A stretch of 64,000 bases of DNA, taken from assembly GCA_964019425.1 (NCBI GenBank), contig OZ025802.1, forward strand, positions 682,001-746,000. The letters are read 5' to 3'. The position numbers and the translations under genes are program-made. Numbering within the stretch: the first letter of the stretch is position 1; each line of letters starts with the position of its first letter. This DNA comes from Flectonema sp. DT1601. Taxonomy: Eukaryota. The notes beneath the pieces are model-generated. The model saw nothing but the letters and a program-made list of their open reading frames with translations, did no database searches and was not told the DNA's origin. This document shows positions 1 through 11,380 of the stretch, in pieces.

Positions 1-346
1 GCTGTTCTTTTGCTGCATTTCTTGCAGCAATCTCACCTTGTAACTGTTCTTGTTCTAGGTGTCTGTTGACACCTTGGAGTGATGCTTGTAGTTTGGTAAC
101 TTGATTTTCTAATTCTACCTTTGCTTTTTCTATAGTAATATCATTTGTTACTTTGTTACGGATGGTACTGATCTCACTGTCAATATGAGAGAGTACTTTC
201 AAATCCTTCTGTTGTCGATTATGAACAGCTAATGCTGCTTCAGATCCAACATGCTGAGGTTGCTGAAGACTCGGTGGTGGTGATGGAGGTCGGGCCTGGT
301 GATGGTGATGTCCACCTGATGAATTAAACAACGGATCTGACGGCAT
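1..346 (-). CDS. Partial CDS (runs off the window start); coiled-coil protein of unknown function
   Basis: Manual translation from ATG at 346: MPSDPLFNSSGGHHHHQARPPSPPPSLQQ...KAKVELENQVTKLQASLQGVNRHLEQEQLQGEIAARNAAKEQ, open to position 1; not in the ORF track. Confidence 0.75.
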   Translation of the reverse strand, partial: MPSDPLFNSSGGHHHHQARPPSPPPSLQQPQHVGSEAALAVHNRQQKDLKVLSHIDSEISTIRNKVTNDITIEKAKVELENQVTKLQASLQGVNRHLEQEQLQGEIAARNAAKEQ

Positions 347-493
347 CTTATGAAAAAACCATAACCTGGACTTGGGGATAATTTATTTACTATAAAAAAT
401 TAAAACATACAAAAAAAAAAAAAAAAAAAGGTTTACTTTTTCCACAATAAAAAATAATCATCGCCATGAAATAACTGTTTAAAAAGCCATGTG

Positions 494-970
494 TCACATG
501 GATCCCAGAGCACTGAGAGCTGTTTTCATTTTTTTACTCTTCTGAGAAGGTTTCTTCTTTCTCTTATCATTTACAGGAACAGTCGTAGCAGATGGAGTGG
601 CGACGTTTGTTTCAACTTTAGGCCGTTTGAGGTCTTTTTTATTAGATTCCAAAGGAAGTTTCGTCTTCTCGATAGTAGAAGATGGTGCTGACGGCACGGT
701 GTTATTATTTTTTTCACTTCCCGCGACTGATGAATAAAGACCAGCTACAAGACTGAGCAAAACAGCGCAAAGCCTAACAGTTCTTCCCATCGCAACTTCT
801 CTCATTAATGCCTTTCCGGCTTTTTGAAGTTCCTTTGCGCAGGTTTGATTACCAATTCTGTGCATACGTTCAGCCTTTGACGTCACTACAAAAAACTGAT
901 GAGATCCATAAGCTGCTTTGTTTGCTGCTAAAGTCTTTTGTAGTAGTTCTGCGTCACGTGAAATGTTCAT
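494..970 (-). CDS. 158-aa basic protein, possibly NEPRO/RMP1 (DUF4477)-like
   Basis: ORF track. 'DAELLQKTLAANKAAYGSHQFF' and 'GRTVRLCAVLLSLVAGL' loosely resemble RMP1/NEPRO N-terminal motifs; Lys-rich tail. Family call is weak inference. Confidence 0.6.
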   Translation of the reverse strand: MNISRDAELLQKTLAANKAAYGSHQFFVVTSKAERMHRIGNQTCAKELQKAGKALMREVAMGRTVRLCAVLLSLVAGLYSSVAGSEKNNNTVPSAPSSTIEKTKLPLESNKKDLKRPKVETNVATPSATTVPVNDKRKKKPSQKSKKMKTALSALGSM

Positions 971-1359
971 ATCACCGACTGAGTCATTATTCTATCTGTA
1001 TGAGAAATGACTAAATTGACCAACACAATACGCACTCACTTACTTTAAAAGGACAATCTGAAAAACATGACGACATAAAATGTATAAGGGAAACAGTAAC
1101 AATACTTCCATTAAATAATAATAATAATTAACAAACGCGAAACAATATCTATGTGTAGATAAGAGTGCAGCAATGCCCCACTCCACCAGGAAATTGAAAA
1201 AAATTGAAAGAAGGGGAAAAAAAAAGAAAATAAACAACAAAGGAGTTAAATAATCATACAAACTCCCCTGCTAGAAAATCTAAAAGGAAATAACAACCAG
1301 CACCATCGAAAATGGTACTGTAGTGGACAGTACATAAAAAAAAGGTATATAAATAAATT

Positions 1360-2835
1360 TTAGTCAGCTGTTCTATCCTTTAGCTGTTGGACACGCTGGT
1401 GTAGTCGGCTTTCAGTTTCTGACGCCATTCTTCGTTTATCATCCATTGCCGTGTTTGAGGTAGCGAATGACGCGGATAAATGAGGAGTTGAGAAATCACA
1501 CTTACTACCACTATCTTGAATAGAGGCTAGTCGATCCCATTGTGACTCTATTTGTTTTAAATCATTCTTTAATCGAACCTGCTTAGCAGAATGCGCTGAT
1601 TTAAAAAATGAAACAGCTCGACTACCATCATCAGTCGTTGTTGTAGTCCTCTCCTTTGCTAACAACGTACTGAGTACGTCATGTGAAGGTCCAGGATAAG
1701 ACTGAGGAGGTACGTTGGCATTATTGCTAACGCTGTTTAGGAATTGTTGAGGATTGCGTTGAATTGATAAATACGTATTACGAAGTTTTCGATGAAGAAC
1801 ATCAAGTCCTCGTAACCTATCTTCTTCATCATTTGTATATGTTAGTTGTTGTTCTTCAACTTGTTCTGATAGCGCTCCAGATGTAAAGTTTCGATCAAAT
1901 TCGAGTGTGTCTGTTCGATCAACTGCAGTTGCTCTTCCCATCAAATGATCAACAGAGACATGAGCAATCCCAGGAGTGTGATTAACAGTTCGAAGTGGTG
2001 ACTCGTATTGTTCTATAATGTCTTCCTTGTTGATGTTTGGTTCGTAGTCTAATTCTTCCTCTTCTTGTCTTTTCAGAGCATCGTACTTCGACTTTACATA
2101 ACTACTGTGGATTGATCTTCGTAGTGGTTCTCTTATTTCAGATGCTGGAACTGACTTCTGAAGTCTTTTCTTACTAACAGATCTCTTTACAATCATCGCT
2201 GATGTCCCTGTCTGTGATTGAGTTCGTAGAGTCGATGGCTTCTGAGGTCGTCTTGACGATCCAGCTGATAGTTTTTCTCCATGATGATGTTGTCTTTGGA
2301 TTTCTAACAGATCTCTTTGTTGTTCATCCGACAGGATTGCTTTATCTGTTTTAGTAGTATTGTCTTTGGCGTACTCGAGAAGTCGTCGAAACCTTTCAAT
2401 TTGTTTCTGACAGGGAGAGATTCCAATAGTTCTTTGAGGTCTTGGTTCAAGTTTCTCATCAAATTCCTGTTCCAATTCTGGTTGGAACTGTTGCATTCTT
2501 GGATCCATGTGATTACTGTGATTGGCGTGACTGTTATTGTTGGTGTTGATGTTGCCATTGTCGGCACCACCCCAAGCTGGAAACTGAGGAAATCCTTCAG
2601 GTGGCGGCGGCATTCCCGGAGGGGGAACACCTCCTGCCATCATCCCCAAAAACTGCGGCAACAAATGCGGTGGCGGCGGTGGCATTCCCGGAGGAGGTCC
2701 AAACCCAGAAGGTGGCATTGGCAGCCCTCTCGGAGGTGGAAACGGAGGCATCCCCATCCCTGGAGGCGGCGGCATAAACCCCCCTGGTATCGGTGGTGGG
2801 GGTCCATAGTATTGCTGTTCCATCATACGAGGCAT
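1360..2835 (-). CDS. Hypothetical protein (~491 aa) with Pro/Gly/Met-rich N-terminus and C-terminal coiled coil
   Basis: Likely start MPRMMEQQYYG at 2835 in AAAATG context; the ORF-track extension to 3279 is poly-A/T UTR sequence. Confidence 0.8.
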   Translation of the reverse strand: MPRMMEQQYYGPPPPIPGGFMPPPPGMGMPPFPPPRGLPMPPSGFGPPPGMPPPPPHLLPQFLGMMAGGVPPPGMPPPPEGFPQFPAWGGADNGNINTNNNSHANHSNHMDPRMQQFQPELEQEFDEKLEPRPQRTIGISPCQKQIERFRRLLEYAKDNTTKTDKAILSDEQQRDLLEIQRQHHHGEKLSAGSSRRPQKPSTLRTQSQTGTSAMIVKRSVSKKRLQKSVPASEIREPLRRSIHSSYVKSKYDALKRQEEEELDYEPNINKEDIIEQYESPLRTVNHTPGIAHVSVDHLMGRATAVDRTDTLEFDRNFTSGALSEQVEEQQLTYTNDEEDRLRGLDVLHRKLRNTYLSIQRNPQQFLNSVSNNANVPPQSYPGPSHDVLSTLLAKERTTTTTDDGSRAVSFFKSAHSAKQVRLKNDLKQIESQWDRLASIQDSGSKCDFSTPHLSASFATSNTAMDDKRRMASETESRLHQRVQQLKDRTAD

Positions 2836-3099
2836 TTTTATTTGGTTTTTTTTTTTTTGAATTCCCCTCCCACTGTTTACAACCAAGTAAGTTAACGAGA
2901 GACACAATAAGAAATAGCCACAACAATCCGACAGCAGAGATCCTTGCCACCTGTAGGATGGAAGAATTATAAATATCTGAGGGAAAAAAGAAACAGGCCT
3001 TGGCATGGGATACGAGCGCAAAAGGGACCGTACGAAACAACAAAATTGCAAAATCGGTTTAGCAGACGAAAAGAGATAGAATTTTTTTTTTTCCCTTTC

Positions 3100-3132
<33 letters not shown>

Positions 3133-3988
3133 TTTTTCTTTTGAGAGATAGCTGGCCACCCAAAACAAAAAAACAAGGGAAACTTTACTCACAAATAAAT
3201 TAAACACAAGATAAAAAAACAAAAACAAAAGCAAACAAATATATAAATAAATTAAAACAATACCACATGTCCATCCCACGTAAACTCACTATGTGTGTAA
3301 TACGATAAGCAAGAAACAAAAACAAAATAATTGGAAAAAAGAAAATAACCGCATGGCTCGCCATTATATGTACCGACTAGAGCTAGAAAAGTTGGGAGGC
3401 AACCCTCGTTAAAAAGGGCTACAAAAGGGCGACAAAAAAGATGGAACAATAAAGAATAAAAGAAAAAAAAAAACTGAATCGTATCATGTATATCAGGGAA
3501 TGTGTTTCCTTAGGTTAGGCCAAGAAGCCTTTATTTACCTCCGAAAGGAAACCATATCCAATTTCTATAATAAGGCAAAAAACCCCAAACTGATATGCGA
3601 ATTCCCCTGACTGTGGATATGTCTGAACCCAAGTCAAAGGAACTCTCGCTCTGTTGAGGAAATAAGTATTTTGTGTCGTTTTTTTTTCCCGCTTGTTACT
3701 CCGCGGTAAGCACAATCAGAGAGTTTACTGATAAGTAGTAGTAGCCAGCCGGAAAATATCTATAATAAAGTACGAGTGCGTCAAGCACTCTGTCGATGAG
3801 TCAAATAGATCACACGTATCCCGTGACTGCCTTCAGTTAGTTAAAAAGAACTGAAATAGTTATCAGGTTAGACAAAGAGTGCTAACATATAAAAAGTAAT
3901 AATAAAACTAAAACAATATTAACGATGATGTTTTCGGTAGAAGTTATCAAATAGATGTTATAATCTGATGAATTTATTTCTACTGATG

Positions 3989-4927
3989 CTACGCTGCGAG
4001 TTCATTGTCAGTTGTCTCTTTAGCAAGAGCATTCTGCAATCGCATAACCCTCGATAGCTGGTCTCGTAGCCGCTGTCCGGTTTTGGTAAGTGATTCAGAT
4101 TTTAAATTATTCTGAAGAATTGTTATTTTGGAATTGCGAAGCTGCTGCTCAGCCTCAGCAGTCTCATTCTCCAACACCGCGATTGAAGACTCAAGAGATT
4201 CGTACGAAGAAGTTAAGGTGACGAGAAGTTGTTTTTCTGTTTCCAATTTCTCAGATAATTTAGTAATGTCATCAATAGTCATCTTTACCAACGATTCTCG
4301 AGAACGTTCCTTTAATTTTGAAGCGTTGCATGATTTCTTTCTACTATTAGCCTGAGTCACAGCTGAGTCATGATCATTTCTAACTTCTTTTATGTCACTT
4401 TGAAGTGTTTGTCGATGTTCTTGAATTGAAGTATTTTGTTGTTGTTCGTGTAGGAGATTCTTATTGTGTTTTGCAGTAGTTTTTTTTAACTCTGAGCATT
4501 TTGATTTCCATGTTGCAAGTTCTTCTGCCTGAGTATCTTTTTCAGTGGACGTTCCCGGTGGTCGAATTCTCTCAGAAAAACTCACACCAGATTTCTCGCA
4601 GTCATCAAAAAAGATCTGACGACTACCTTTTAATGCACTGCGTAACCCACAGGGAGTTCGAACAACAATTGTTGGAGAACCAGGTTCCTTGTATTCAACC
4701 GTTTGAATACCCTCTGTTGTTGTTATGACAAGTTTCTTTTGAGTATTCTTATTCGAAGATTGAGAGCTCATTTTATTTACTATCAAACCAACTAGCCATA
4801 TGATACTCCAAGTTGCTATGTCAAATCTGTAATTATCCACTACTTCAAAGAGGTTTATATTCAGAGTTGCTCTATCAGTAGTAGCTGCTGCAAACACCGC
4901 GGCTACTAAAATAACAGTAGAGATCAT
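3989..4927 (-). CDS. 312-aa protein with N-terminal hydrophobic segments and C-terminal coiled coil
   Basis: ORF track; signal/TM segments MISTVILVAAVFAAA and IATWSIIWLVGLIV; heptad-like E/K/L-rich C-terminal half. Confidence 0.8.
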   Translation of the reverse strand: MISTVILVAAVFAAATTDRATLNINLFEVVDNYRFDIATWSIIWLVGLIVNKMSSQSSNKNTQKKLVITTTEGIQTVEYKEPGSPTIVVRTPCGLRSALKGSRQIFFDDCEKSGVSFSERIRPPGTSTEKDTQAEELATWKSKCSELKKTTAKHNKNLLHEQQQNTSIQEHRQTLQSDIKEVRNDHDSAVTQANSRKKSCNASKLKERSRESLVKMTIDDITKLSEKLETEKQLLVTLTSSYESLESSIAVLENETAEAEQQLRNSKITILQNNLKSESLTKTGQRLRDQLSRVMRLQNALAKETTDNELAA

Positions 4928-5808
4928 TGGTTGGAATTCGTTTTTTTTTTTTTTTTTGCTGTTTTGAAAAAAAAAGTAATGATATTTTTATGTTTACTTC
5001 ACTTGATGAAAATTTAATCAAAAGTATCACTCTCATATTTTACAACTTTTTTTTTTTTTTTTTTTTTTGATTTTTTTTTTTTTTTCGATTTTAAAAAAAA
5101 AACCGAAAAAAAAAGTCTGACGAATTAAAACCTAGACCACAATCCACGTTCAGACTTAGGGTTGTAAAAAAAAATTACCTTTTGTTAAAAAAATATTTTT
5201 TTATAAAGTCACGTAATTTTGAGAAGACATTTAAAAAAAAATAAAAATACCAAAAAGGACTTCAGATTAAGATTTATTTTCACCGCAGCAGTGTTTTTTA
5301 TAAAATAAAATGACCAAAGGAATTAATTCCTATTCTTCCAGTCGTTTTTTTTTGGTTCAACGATATCAACAAAGAGAGTTTTTACTTGTTCAAAAAAGAA
5401 CGGAGTCACGAACTAACGTGTCAACGAAGAAAAATGAAGACTGCATGCAAAAAAAATATATTATGTTCGAACGTACAGAAAGAAACAAAGTAATAACGAA
5501 ACAAGGGATTTCAAAAAACTCAACAGAAAGCTGGTCACGTCTCTCTAGAAACGAGGTTGAGATTTGAAAAGTAAAGGGGGGAATAAAACAAAGACTACCA
5601 AAAAAAAAAAAAAAAAAAAAAAAAGAAGAAGGAAAGCTACTTGCAAACAACTCATCACCATTCACACAGTAATTTCGTTGCTGGCAGTTATTAAATACGT
5701 CGGAAGGCCAGAAGTCACATATCACGCTGAGTAGTATCGGAAGCAGAGAAGCGCGGCACCGATTTAATTGCTATAATTCCCACTTTGAAAGAACGAGTTT
5801 TTAAGTAT

Positions 5809-8154
5809 TTACGATTCGTGTCTTCTTAGGAGTGTTGCTACTGATCCAGAAACAGACGCACTCTGATGACGAACTTTTCTTTTTAATGAATTTTCAGCAA
5901 TGCTTTGAGTATCACCCCTTTCGATGAGAGGTATAGCGCTATCAGTAGAATTCGATTCCTCAAAGACGATTGGATCCTCAATAACAATCGTTGCACGTCG
6001 TCCTGGGATTGAGGCTCCAGCTTCAGAGCGGTTATCACCAACTTCAGAGAAGGAATTCTTCAGTGAGTTGGCATTGTTGCGAGATTCATTCTCTATTATC
6101 AAATCACCTTGTCGTTGGATTGTTACTAAGGCTTCACGTGCTGATGCTACTCTGTCTTTTAATTCCATCTCTCGCTTACTTTCATGTCCTTCGAGAGAAC
6201 CCAGAACAGCATTAACGTGATACATCTCTGTAGAGTCATTCAAGTCAACTGTTGGATTGCGTCCTCCGTCTTTTGAAGCGAATGCTGCAGAGTCGAGGCC
6301 GCAGTTCTTTAGAGCGATGTAGTCGGCTTCATCATCAGATTGACCTTCGTCACCAAATATATCAGATTTCTTCATGATTGGAGGAATCAGTTGATTGTCT
6401 CTTAATTGTCTCTCTGCTCTCATCAGTGAAGGACTAGCAACACTCTTGGTACGTGAACGGTGTTGAAGCGAAACATCATTTGATTCTTCTTCAGGATCCT
6501 TCTTATCCTTTCCATTCATCTTCTTCCGAAGTGAAATAGCACAACAGAGAACTAAAGTAACACATAATATAAGAAAAGCAATACTTCCGATTATCACGAT
6601 CACAAATAAAGACACAGCGGAATCGTCGGCACTCCCGTCTTCCAGGGCGGCAGTTGCCGTACAAATATTTCTTATCCAGGTACAGCCATCAAGCTTAGTG
6701 CAGTCTTGGTCAGTACTTAATGTCGTACAAGGAGGAAGAGAAATACATTCTTTATTCTTCCAAAGACAAGCAGAAAGTAATTTACCACAGGAAGTCTCAC
6801 CAAGACCAACGCAATTGATTTCAGTGCACGTGGAGGTAGTGACATCCCAGTCGCAGAGATCAGCGTGGGCACGGCAGTCAGTGATACCAACAACGTCACT
6901 ACATACGAAATCCTGTGGAGTTGTTGGTGGAGGTTGTGTTGGAATTGCTCTCGGAGGTGGTGGTGGAGGTCTGGGTGGAGCAGGAGGAGGAGGAGGAACA
7001 CCTGTTGGTACATCGGTTGGAATATTAGTTTCAGGAACTGCTGTAGTACCAGCTGGCTGCATTGTATCAGGAGCATCCGTATTCATTGGCGGCTCCACTG
7101 GAGGATCTATTTGCGGCGGCGAACTCATCCACGTAATCGGACTGATACCTGGCGACACACTTATCATCCCTCCTGATGCGCTATAAAGTAATGTCTCTGG
7201 TTCAGTCATATCTTTCATATTCTTAATATAGATATCACTAAGTGCTGATGGTGTACCTGACTTAACATAAGCTATATAGTCAGAGTCATCTCCAATTATA
7301 GTAATCGTTGATGCATACGATCCGACTTGTTGACCTGAAGCAGTGATCGATATGTCTGAATTAGCCCAAACCTTAGACAGGGTTAGTCCAACTAAGTCGA
7401 AAGAAAATAAAGATGTTGGAAAGTTTGTGTATGGCGATTCCAATATATAAAGAATTCTGTTAGTCTGATCAACTGCTAGTGATGAGTAAAACGTGTCTAT
7501 TTCAGGTGCAGTTTTAATCAATGGATCAAGCGACTGTCCAGCACCACTCATATCAACTTGTGTGACATATATATCACCCGTATCATCAAAGATGGTACAG
7601 TACACAACACTTCCAAATACAGCTAGAGCACCTCCCTCAACTGCTTTAACCCTAATACCAGGGGAGGGAAATTGTGAGGCTGGTTTTATAATTTGAATGT
7701 TGTCAGGACCGTCGTATTGAACTGCACTAATCTTTATACCAAAAGCTCCAGAGTCGAATAGAGCATAATAAAGAATACTTTGTGTTGGGTTAGTGGCGCA
7801 TCCGAGAAAGTCGACACTTCCTGAGGATGCAAGTTCTACCGGCTGAGGATTTACAGAATCCCTTCTGACGTCAATAGCAAAGAGTTTTCTAGTATAAGTT
7901 ACAGGATCGTTTGATGACCAGAAAGCGATTTCTTTCTCAGAATCAACACATAATCCTCCTGTGTTTGGAGGAAGTATCGAAGAACCATCAAATTTCCGAA
8001 CCAAAGGAACGATGGTGCGAAACCCACTTCCGTTAACGAATATCTGATGTAGTCCCTCAGATGACATAAATAAAATAGATCCGTCACTCGTCACTGCTCC
8101 TAAAGTACTACACCACAACCAACTAAACACAAATAACAAGGAGAGCGCGGACAT
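5809..8154 (-). CDS. 781-aa type I membrane surface/receptor-like protein
   Basis: Signal peptide; beta-propeller-like ectodomain (GLCVDSEKEIAFWS, LAVDQTNRILYI); Pro/Thr stalk; three C..C..CxW..C repeats; TM helix SLFVIVIIGSIAFLILCVTLVLCC; long cytoplasmic tail. Confidence 0.85.
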   Translation of the reverse strand: MSALSLLFVFSWLWCSTLGAVTSDGSILFMSSEGLHQIFVNGSGFRTIVPLVRKFDGSSILPPNTGGLCVDSEKEIAFWSSNDPVTYTRKLFAIDVRRDSVNPQPVELASSGSVDFLGCATNPTQSILYYALFDSGAFGIKISAVQYDGPDNIQIIKPASQFPSPGIRVKAVEGGALAVFGSVVYCTIFDDTGDIYVTQVDMSGAGQSLDPLIKTAPEIDTFYSSLAVDQTNRILYILESPYTNFPTSLFSFDLVGLTLSKVWANSDISITASGQQVGSYASTITIIGDDSDYIAYVKSGTPSALSDIYIKNMKDMTEPETLLYSASGGMISVSPGISPITWMSSPPQIDPPVEPPMNTDAPDTMQPAGTTAVPETNIPTDVPTGVPPPPPAPPRPPPPPPRAIPTQPPPTTPQDFVCSDVVGITDCRAHADLCDWDVTTSTCTEINCVGLGETSCGKLLSACLWKNKECISLPPCTTLSTDQDCTKLDGCTWIRNICTATAALEDGSADDSAVSLFVIVIIGSIAFLILCVTLVLCCAISLRKKMNGKDKKDPEEESNDVSLQHRSRTKSVASPSLMRAERQLRDNQLIPPIMKKSDIFGDEGQSDDEADYIALKNCGLDSAAFASKDGGRNPTVDLNDSTEMYHVNAVLGSLEGHESKREMELKDRVASAREALVTIQRQGDLIIENESRNNANSLKNSFSEVGDNRSEAGASIPGRRATIVIEDPIVFEESNSTDSAIPLIERGDTQSIAENSLKRKVRHQSASVSGSVATLLRRHES

Positions 8155-8162
8155 TTTTATGG

Positions 8163-8194
<32 letters not shown>

Positions 8195-8632
8195 TTGTCG
8201 AGACACTCCCTGCAATGCCTGAAAAGGAGGAAAAAATAAAAAAAAAAGAATTGGACTTTTATCTTTAAACTATACAGAAAATAGTAATATAACACTGTAA
8301 AATGTTTCGTTCTGTGGATGAAACCGGCATATTAGGCACCTCGATAATTGACCAGTTTAACGATCATTACCTGGAAAAAAAGTAACGGGGGATAAACTTA
8401 GAATCAGATGTTTTCATTTTTTCTTTGTGACAACATAGGGATAGTTTTTCATCCCCCGAAAAAATACTGAAACAATAATAAGGTGGGCTACTAACGCAAC
8501 TGATCAGCTGAACATATTTCTTTTATCCTTTTTTTTTTTTTTTTTTTTTTTTTGTTTCTCACCGCCCCACTCTCCTTATTCTTACATAACATCACTTTGG
8601 ACTTTAACCTTTATATATTATGTTGTAAAATA

Positions 8633-9559
8633 TCAGAATAAAGCTTTCTTCTTCTTCTTTGAACCAGCTGTGGCTTCTCCTTCTATCTCGTCTTTAATTG
8701 TTTTTGATGTTTTTCTTGCTATTTCAATTGCTGTTCGGAGAGCATCTGCGGATACCGGAGGACCAGATGATTTGCAAACATTTAATAGCCTACCAGTAGA
8801 ATCATGAACAATGGTCATAACGCTACTGTGAGTCTCTTCTGATGAAGACAGATCGACAAGGAGATTGTTTTTAAACTGTCCGACAGTCGACGAGACTGGA
8901 AATTTTGCGATTTTTATAACCTCACCTGAATTAGGTACTATACTAGGTATATCATCATTGACTTCTACGTCAGGTAGTGTTGTGTTAATTAAAGCAGTGG
9001 TTGCAGCAGCAAGACAGGCATCTCTGATTGATCCACTGTAAGATAATATAAATATATCGACGTGCAATATCCAAGCAAACTCCTCATGTCTACACAATAG
9101 TTTAAGATCAACAGTATTCGATGTTTTGATCATCGTTGAGACGAAATCAGCAACGGCATTACTCTGGTCTCGACTGCGAAGGATGTCATCAGAAACACCT
9201 TCGTATGCCGTGTCAGCGACGGTGCATCGAATTTCAAGTCTGCCTTCGTCTGATTTAGGTCCACAGGGTGGGATAAAACAACCTTTTACTCCGGCTAGTA
9301 CCTTGGCTTCGCCCCATGATACGTAGGCAGATCCTAAGGTTCTATTCAACACACCAGATTTGATAATTCTCTTGCGCTCTTCGTCGAATCTACGACCGTC
9401 ATGTCTCAGCCCTTTGTCTCCCAATTCAGTTGCGAATTTCTCAAAAAAAAACTTTTCGTATATCTCAAGTTCTTCATCAAGCTTTACATCACTACCCTCA
9501 TCTGGTTTACTCTTCTTGGTTGCTGCTGCAGCGGTTTTCGTTCGCTTTGATACAGCCAT
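8633..9559 (-). CDS. RRP43: Exosome RNase PH-ring subunit, RRP43/EXOSC8-like (RRP42 not excluded)
   Basis: Motifs GLRHDGRRFDEER, GSAYVSWGEAKVLAGVK, WILHVDIFILSYSGSIRDACLAAATTALINTTLP, LLVDLSSSEE. Confidence 0.8.
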   Translation of the reverse strand: MAVSKRTKTAAAATKKSKPDEGSDVKLDEELEIYEKFFFEKFATELGDKGLRHDGRRFDEERKRIIKSGVLNRTLGSAYVSWGEAKVLAGVKGCFIPPCGPKSDEGRLEIRCTVADTAYEGVSDDILRSRDQSNAVADFVSTMIKTSNTVDLKLLCRHEEFAWILHVDIFILSYSGSIRDACLAAATTALINTTLPDVEVNDDIPSIVPNSGEVIKIAKFPVSSTVGQFKNNLLVDLSSSEETHSSVMTIVHDSTGRLLNVCKSSGPPVSADALRTAIEIARKTSKTIKDEIEGEATAGSKKKKKALF

Positions 9560-9715
9560 TGTTTTGATTAACTTCTGGTTACTGTTAAATGAAATATTGA
9601 TTTATGGTTTTTAAGAAAACAACAAAAAAAAAAAAAAAAAAAAAAAACAGAAATAATGAGAATATCTTCTTGATAACAAATATCCTTACACCCATCCCTC
9701 CGATACCAAACAGGA

Positions 9716-11380
9716 TTAAATCTCAACCTGTTTAAGACCCTGCTTAGGATGATAGCTTAGAGTGCCTCTGACAGCAGCTTGTAGTAGATTTGGGGTTCCG
9801 TTCGGAAATAGTATAGCTGGATCAGACCAAGGGCAGTTACGAACTCTCCTTCTCCTTTCAATCTTTCTGGTTGGAATTTCAGACAACGGAAGCAAATTAC
9901 TCTCAACATCCTCTTCTTGAAATGTGTTTTCCAGTTCCTCTACCGGTGCGACCATGTCAGGTATCTCTTGAACGATACGAAGAGCCTTTTTTATTATCCT
10001 TTTTTTTTCTTGTCTTTGTTTTTTTATACTTCTCTTACTACCAGCTACGGTCAAACCTATTTCTGGTGACACAGACAAAACATCAGAGGGCGATGCTGTT
10101 CCAGTCTGTTTGTATGCTTCAGAAGCAATTTGCTTTAAATTCTCAGGAAGAACAGAATTGTCACTGGAAAGATAATGCAGTTGTGAAGCTTTAGCAAAGA
10201 ACTTAGAACAATCAACCACTCCTTTACTGTGGACTACTATTGTAGAATAGGACTTTAGGAGATAAGCAATTTCATGTTTATTAAAGAAACTTGAATTCTG
10301 AGCTAATCGATTAGCGCTCTCTCTTGAATGAATGTACATGTACTCAGGACTGTATGCCGATAGTCTGCTGAAAGACCATGCTGTTGAGAGGAGGTCTTGT
10401 GCTGAAAAATGGGCAAATCGTGCAGCAGTTTCGACAGTGAAACTTTTTATAAAAAGAGGTACCTTACATTTAGCGACTGCCAATGACCACAATGCACGGG
10501 TTTGATCGGCTGGTTCCATTCTAGTGAGAAAAGTGTTCGTTTCGAAATGTTCAATAACGACATCAAAACGAGATGTTCCACTATCCTTTTTAGGACGTCT
10601 GTATGATAATTTATTATTACCCTCATTAGTATGTAGTATACACAAATGATGGGCTAACTCCTTATATACAGAATCACCTTTGTATGTCAACATTGCTAAG
10701 CTCCACATTAAATCTGTTATATTTTGAGGAGAAGGAACAACTTCCCGATGCTGTTCTCGATAACCAGATCGACATATTTGATTACTGTGTGTGCAATGCT
10801 TTATTAGACTGTTTATTATTTTCGGATTGTTTGCTCCCATCTGTCCCAAGCAAACTGCAAGAATAGCCTTTTCATCGGGTGACAGCATTTCGAGTAATCC
10901 ATCGTCCTCAGCTGCCAATGCAGTTGTGATGACTTTTAGTTCTTCCGATGACTCTCTTAGAGTCGCAGAAAGGGTTATTTGAACCCAACATGTCGAGGTT
11001 AATACATCCCGCTTATCATAAATACGCTCCAGAAGACTCTCCCAAAATTTCTGAGACACAATTTTTTCACCCATGCAATGCTCTACTCTAGCTAACCCAA
11101 CTGATACGTTACCGATTTCAAAAGGACTCATTTGGGAAGGAATATCGTCTATCTTTATAAATGAAAGTCTCTTCTTAACGTCATCTGCACAACCTCTTAC
11201 ATGTTCTGGTTCATACAGTAGTCTCGCTCTCTTGTGGAATACTCTTGCTTGAACTCTTGGTAAATTTAATTCTGTTGGCAACATTTTTATTAACGACTGA
11301 ATTTCAGTCATCGAGTGAGAGCATACCCAGTCTCCATGGAGGGCTATTGAGGAGTTCAACAATCTAGTTATTCTAATCAT
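9716..11380 (-). CDS. Helical-repeat (HPR/OPR/FASTK-like) protein, probably a mitochondrial RNA-binding protein (~554 aa)
   Basis: Likely start MIRITRLLNSS (presequence-like) at 11380; repeats PQNITDLMWSLAML, PADQTRALWSLAVA, AQDLLSTAWSFSRL, KHEIAYLLKSYS; no clear RAP domain. Confidence 0.7.
   Translation of the reverse strand: MIRITRLLNSSIALHGDWVCSHSMTEIQSLIKMLPTELNLPRVQARVFHKRARLLYEPEHVRGCADDVKKRLSFIKIDDIPSQMSPFEIGNVSVGLARVEHCMGEKIVSQKFWESLLERIYDKRDVLTSTCWVQITLSATLRESSEELKVITTALAAEDDGLLEMLSPDEKAILAVCLGQMGANNPKIINSLIKHCTHSNQICRSGYREQHREVVPSPQNITDLMWSLAMLTYKGDSVYKELAHHLCILHTNEGNNKLSYRRPKKDSGTSRFDVVIEHFETNTFLTRMEPADQTRALWSLAVAKCKVPLFIKSFTVETAARFAHFSAQDLLSTAWSFSRLSAYSPEYMYIHSRESANRLAQNSSFFNKHEIAYLLKSYSTIVVHSKGVVDCSKFFAKASQLHYLSSDNSVLPENLKQIASEAYKQTGTASPSDVLSVSPEIGLTVAGSKRSIKKQRQEKKRIIKKALRIVQEIPDMVAPVEELENTFQEEDVESNLLPLSEIPTRKIERRRRVRNCPWSDPAILFPNGTPNLLQAAVRGTLSYHPKQGLKQVEI

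Noticed and set aside
996..1043. Possible 48-nt intron (GTAAGT...TACAG) upstream of the 494-970 gene
   Set aside because: An in-frame TAG at 994-992 means it cannot extend the CDS; it could be a UTR intron but is unsupported without transcripts.
2836..3279. N-terminal ORF-track extensions (also 11381-11515, 15565-15642, 33412-33501, 59014-59112)
   Set aside because: Non-ATG or homopolymer-derived UTR sequence; downstream ATGs in A-rich context give sensible N-termini.
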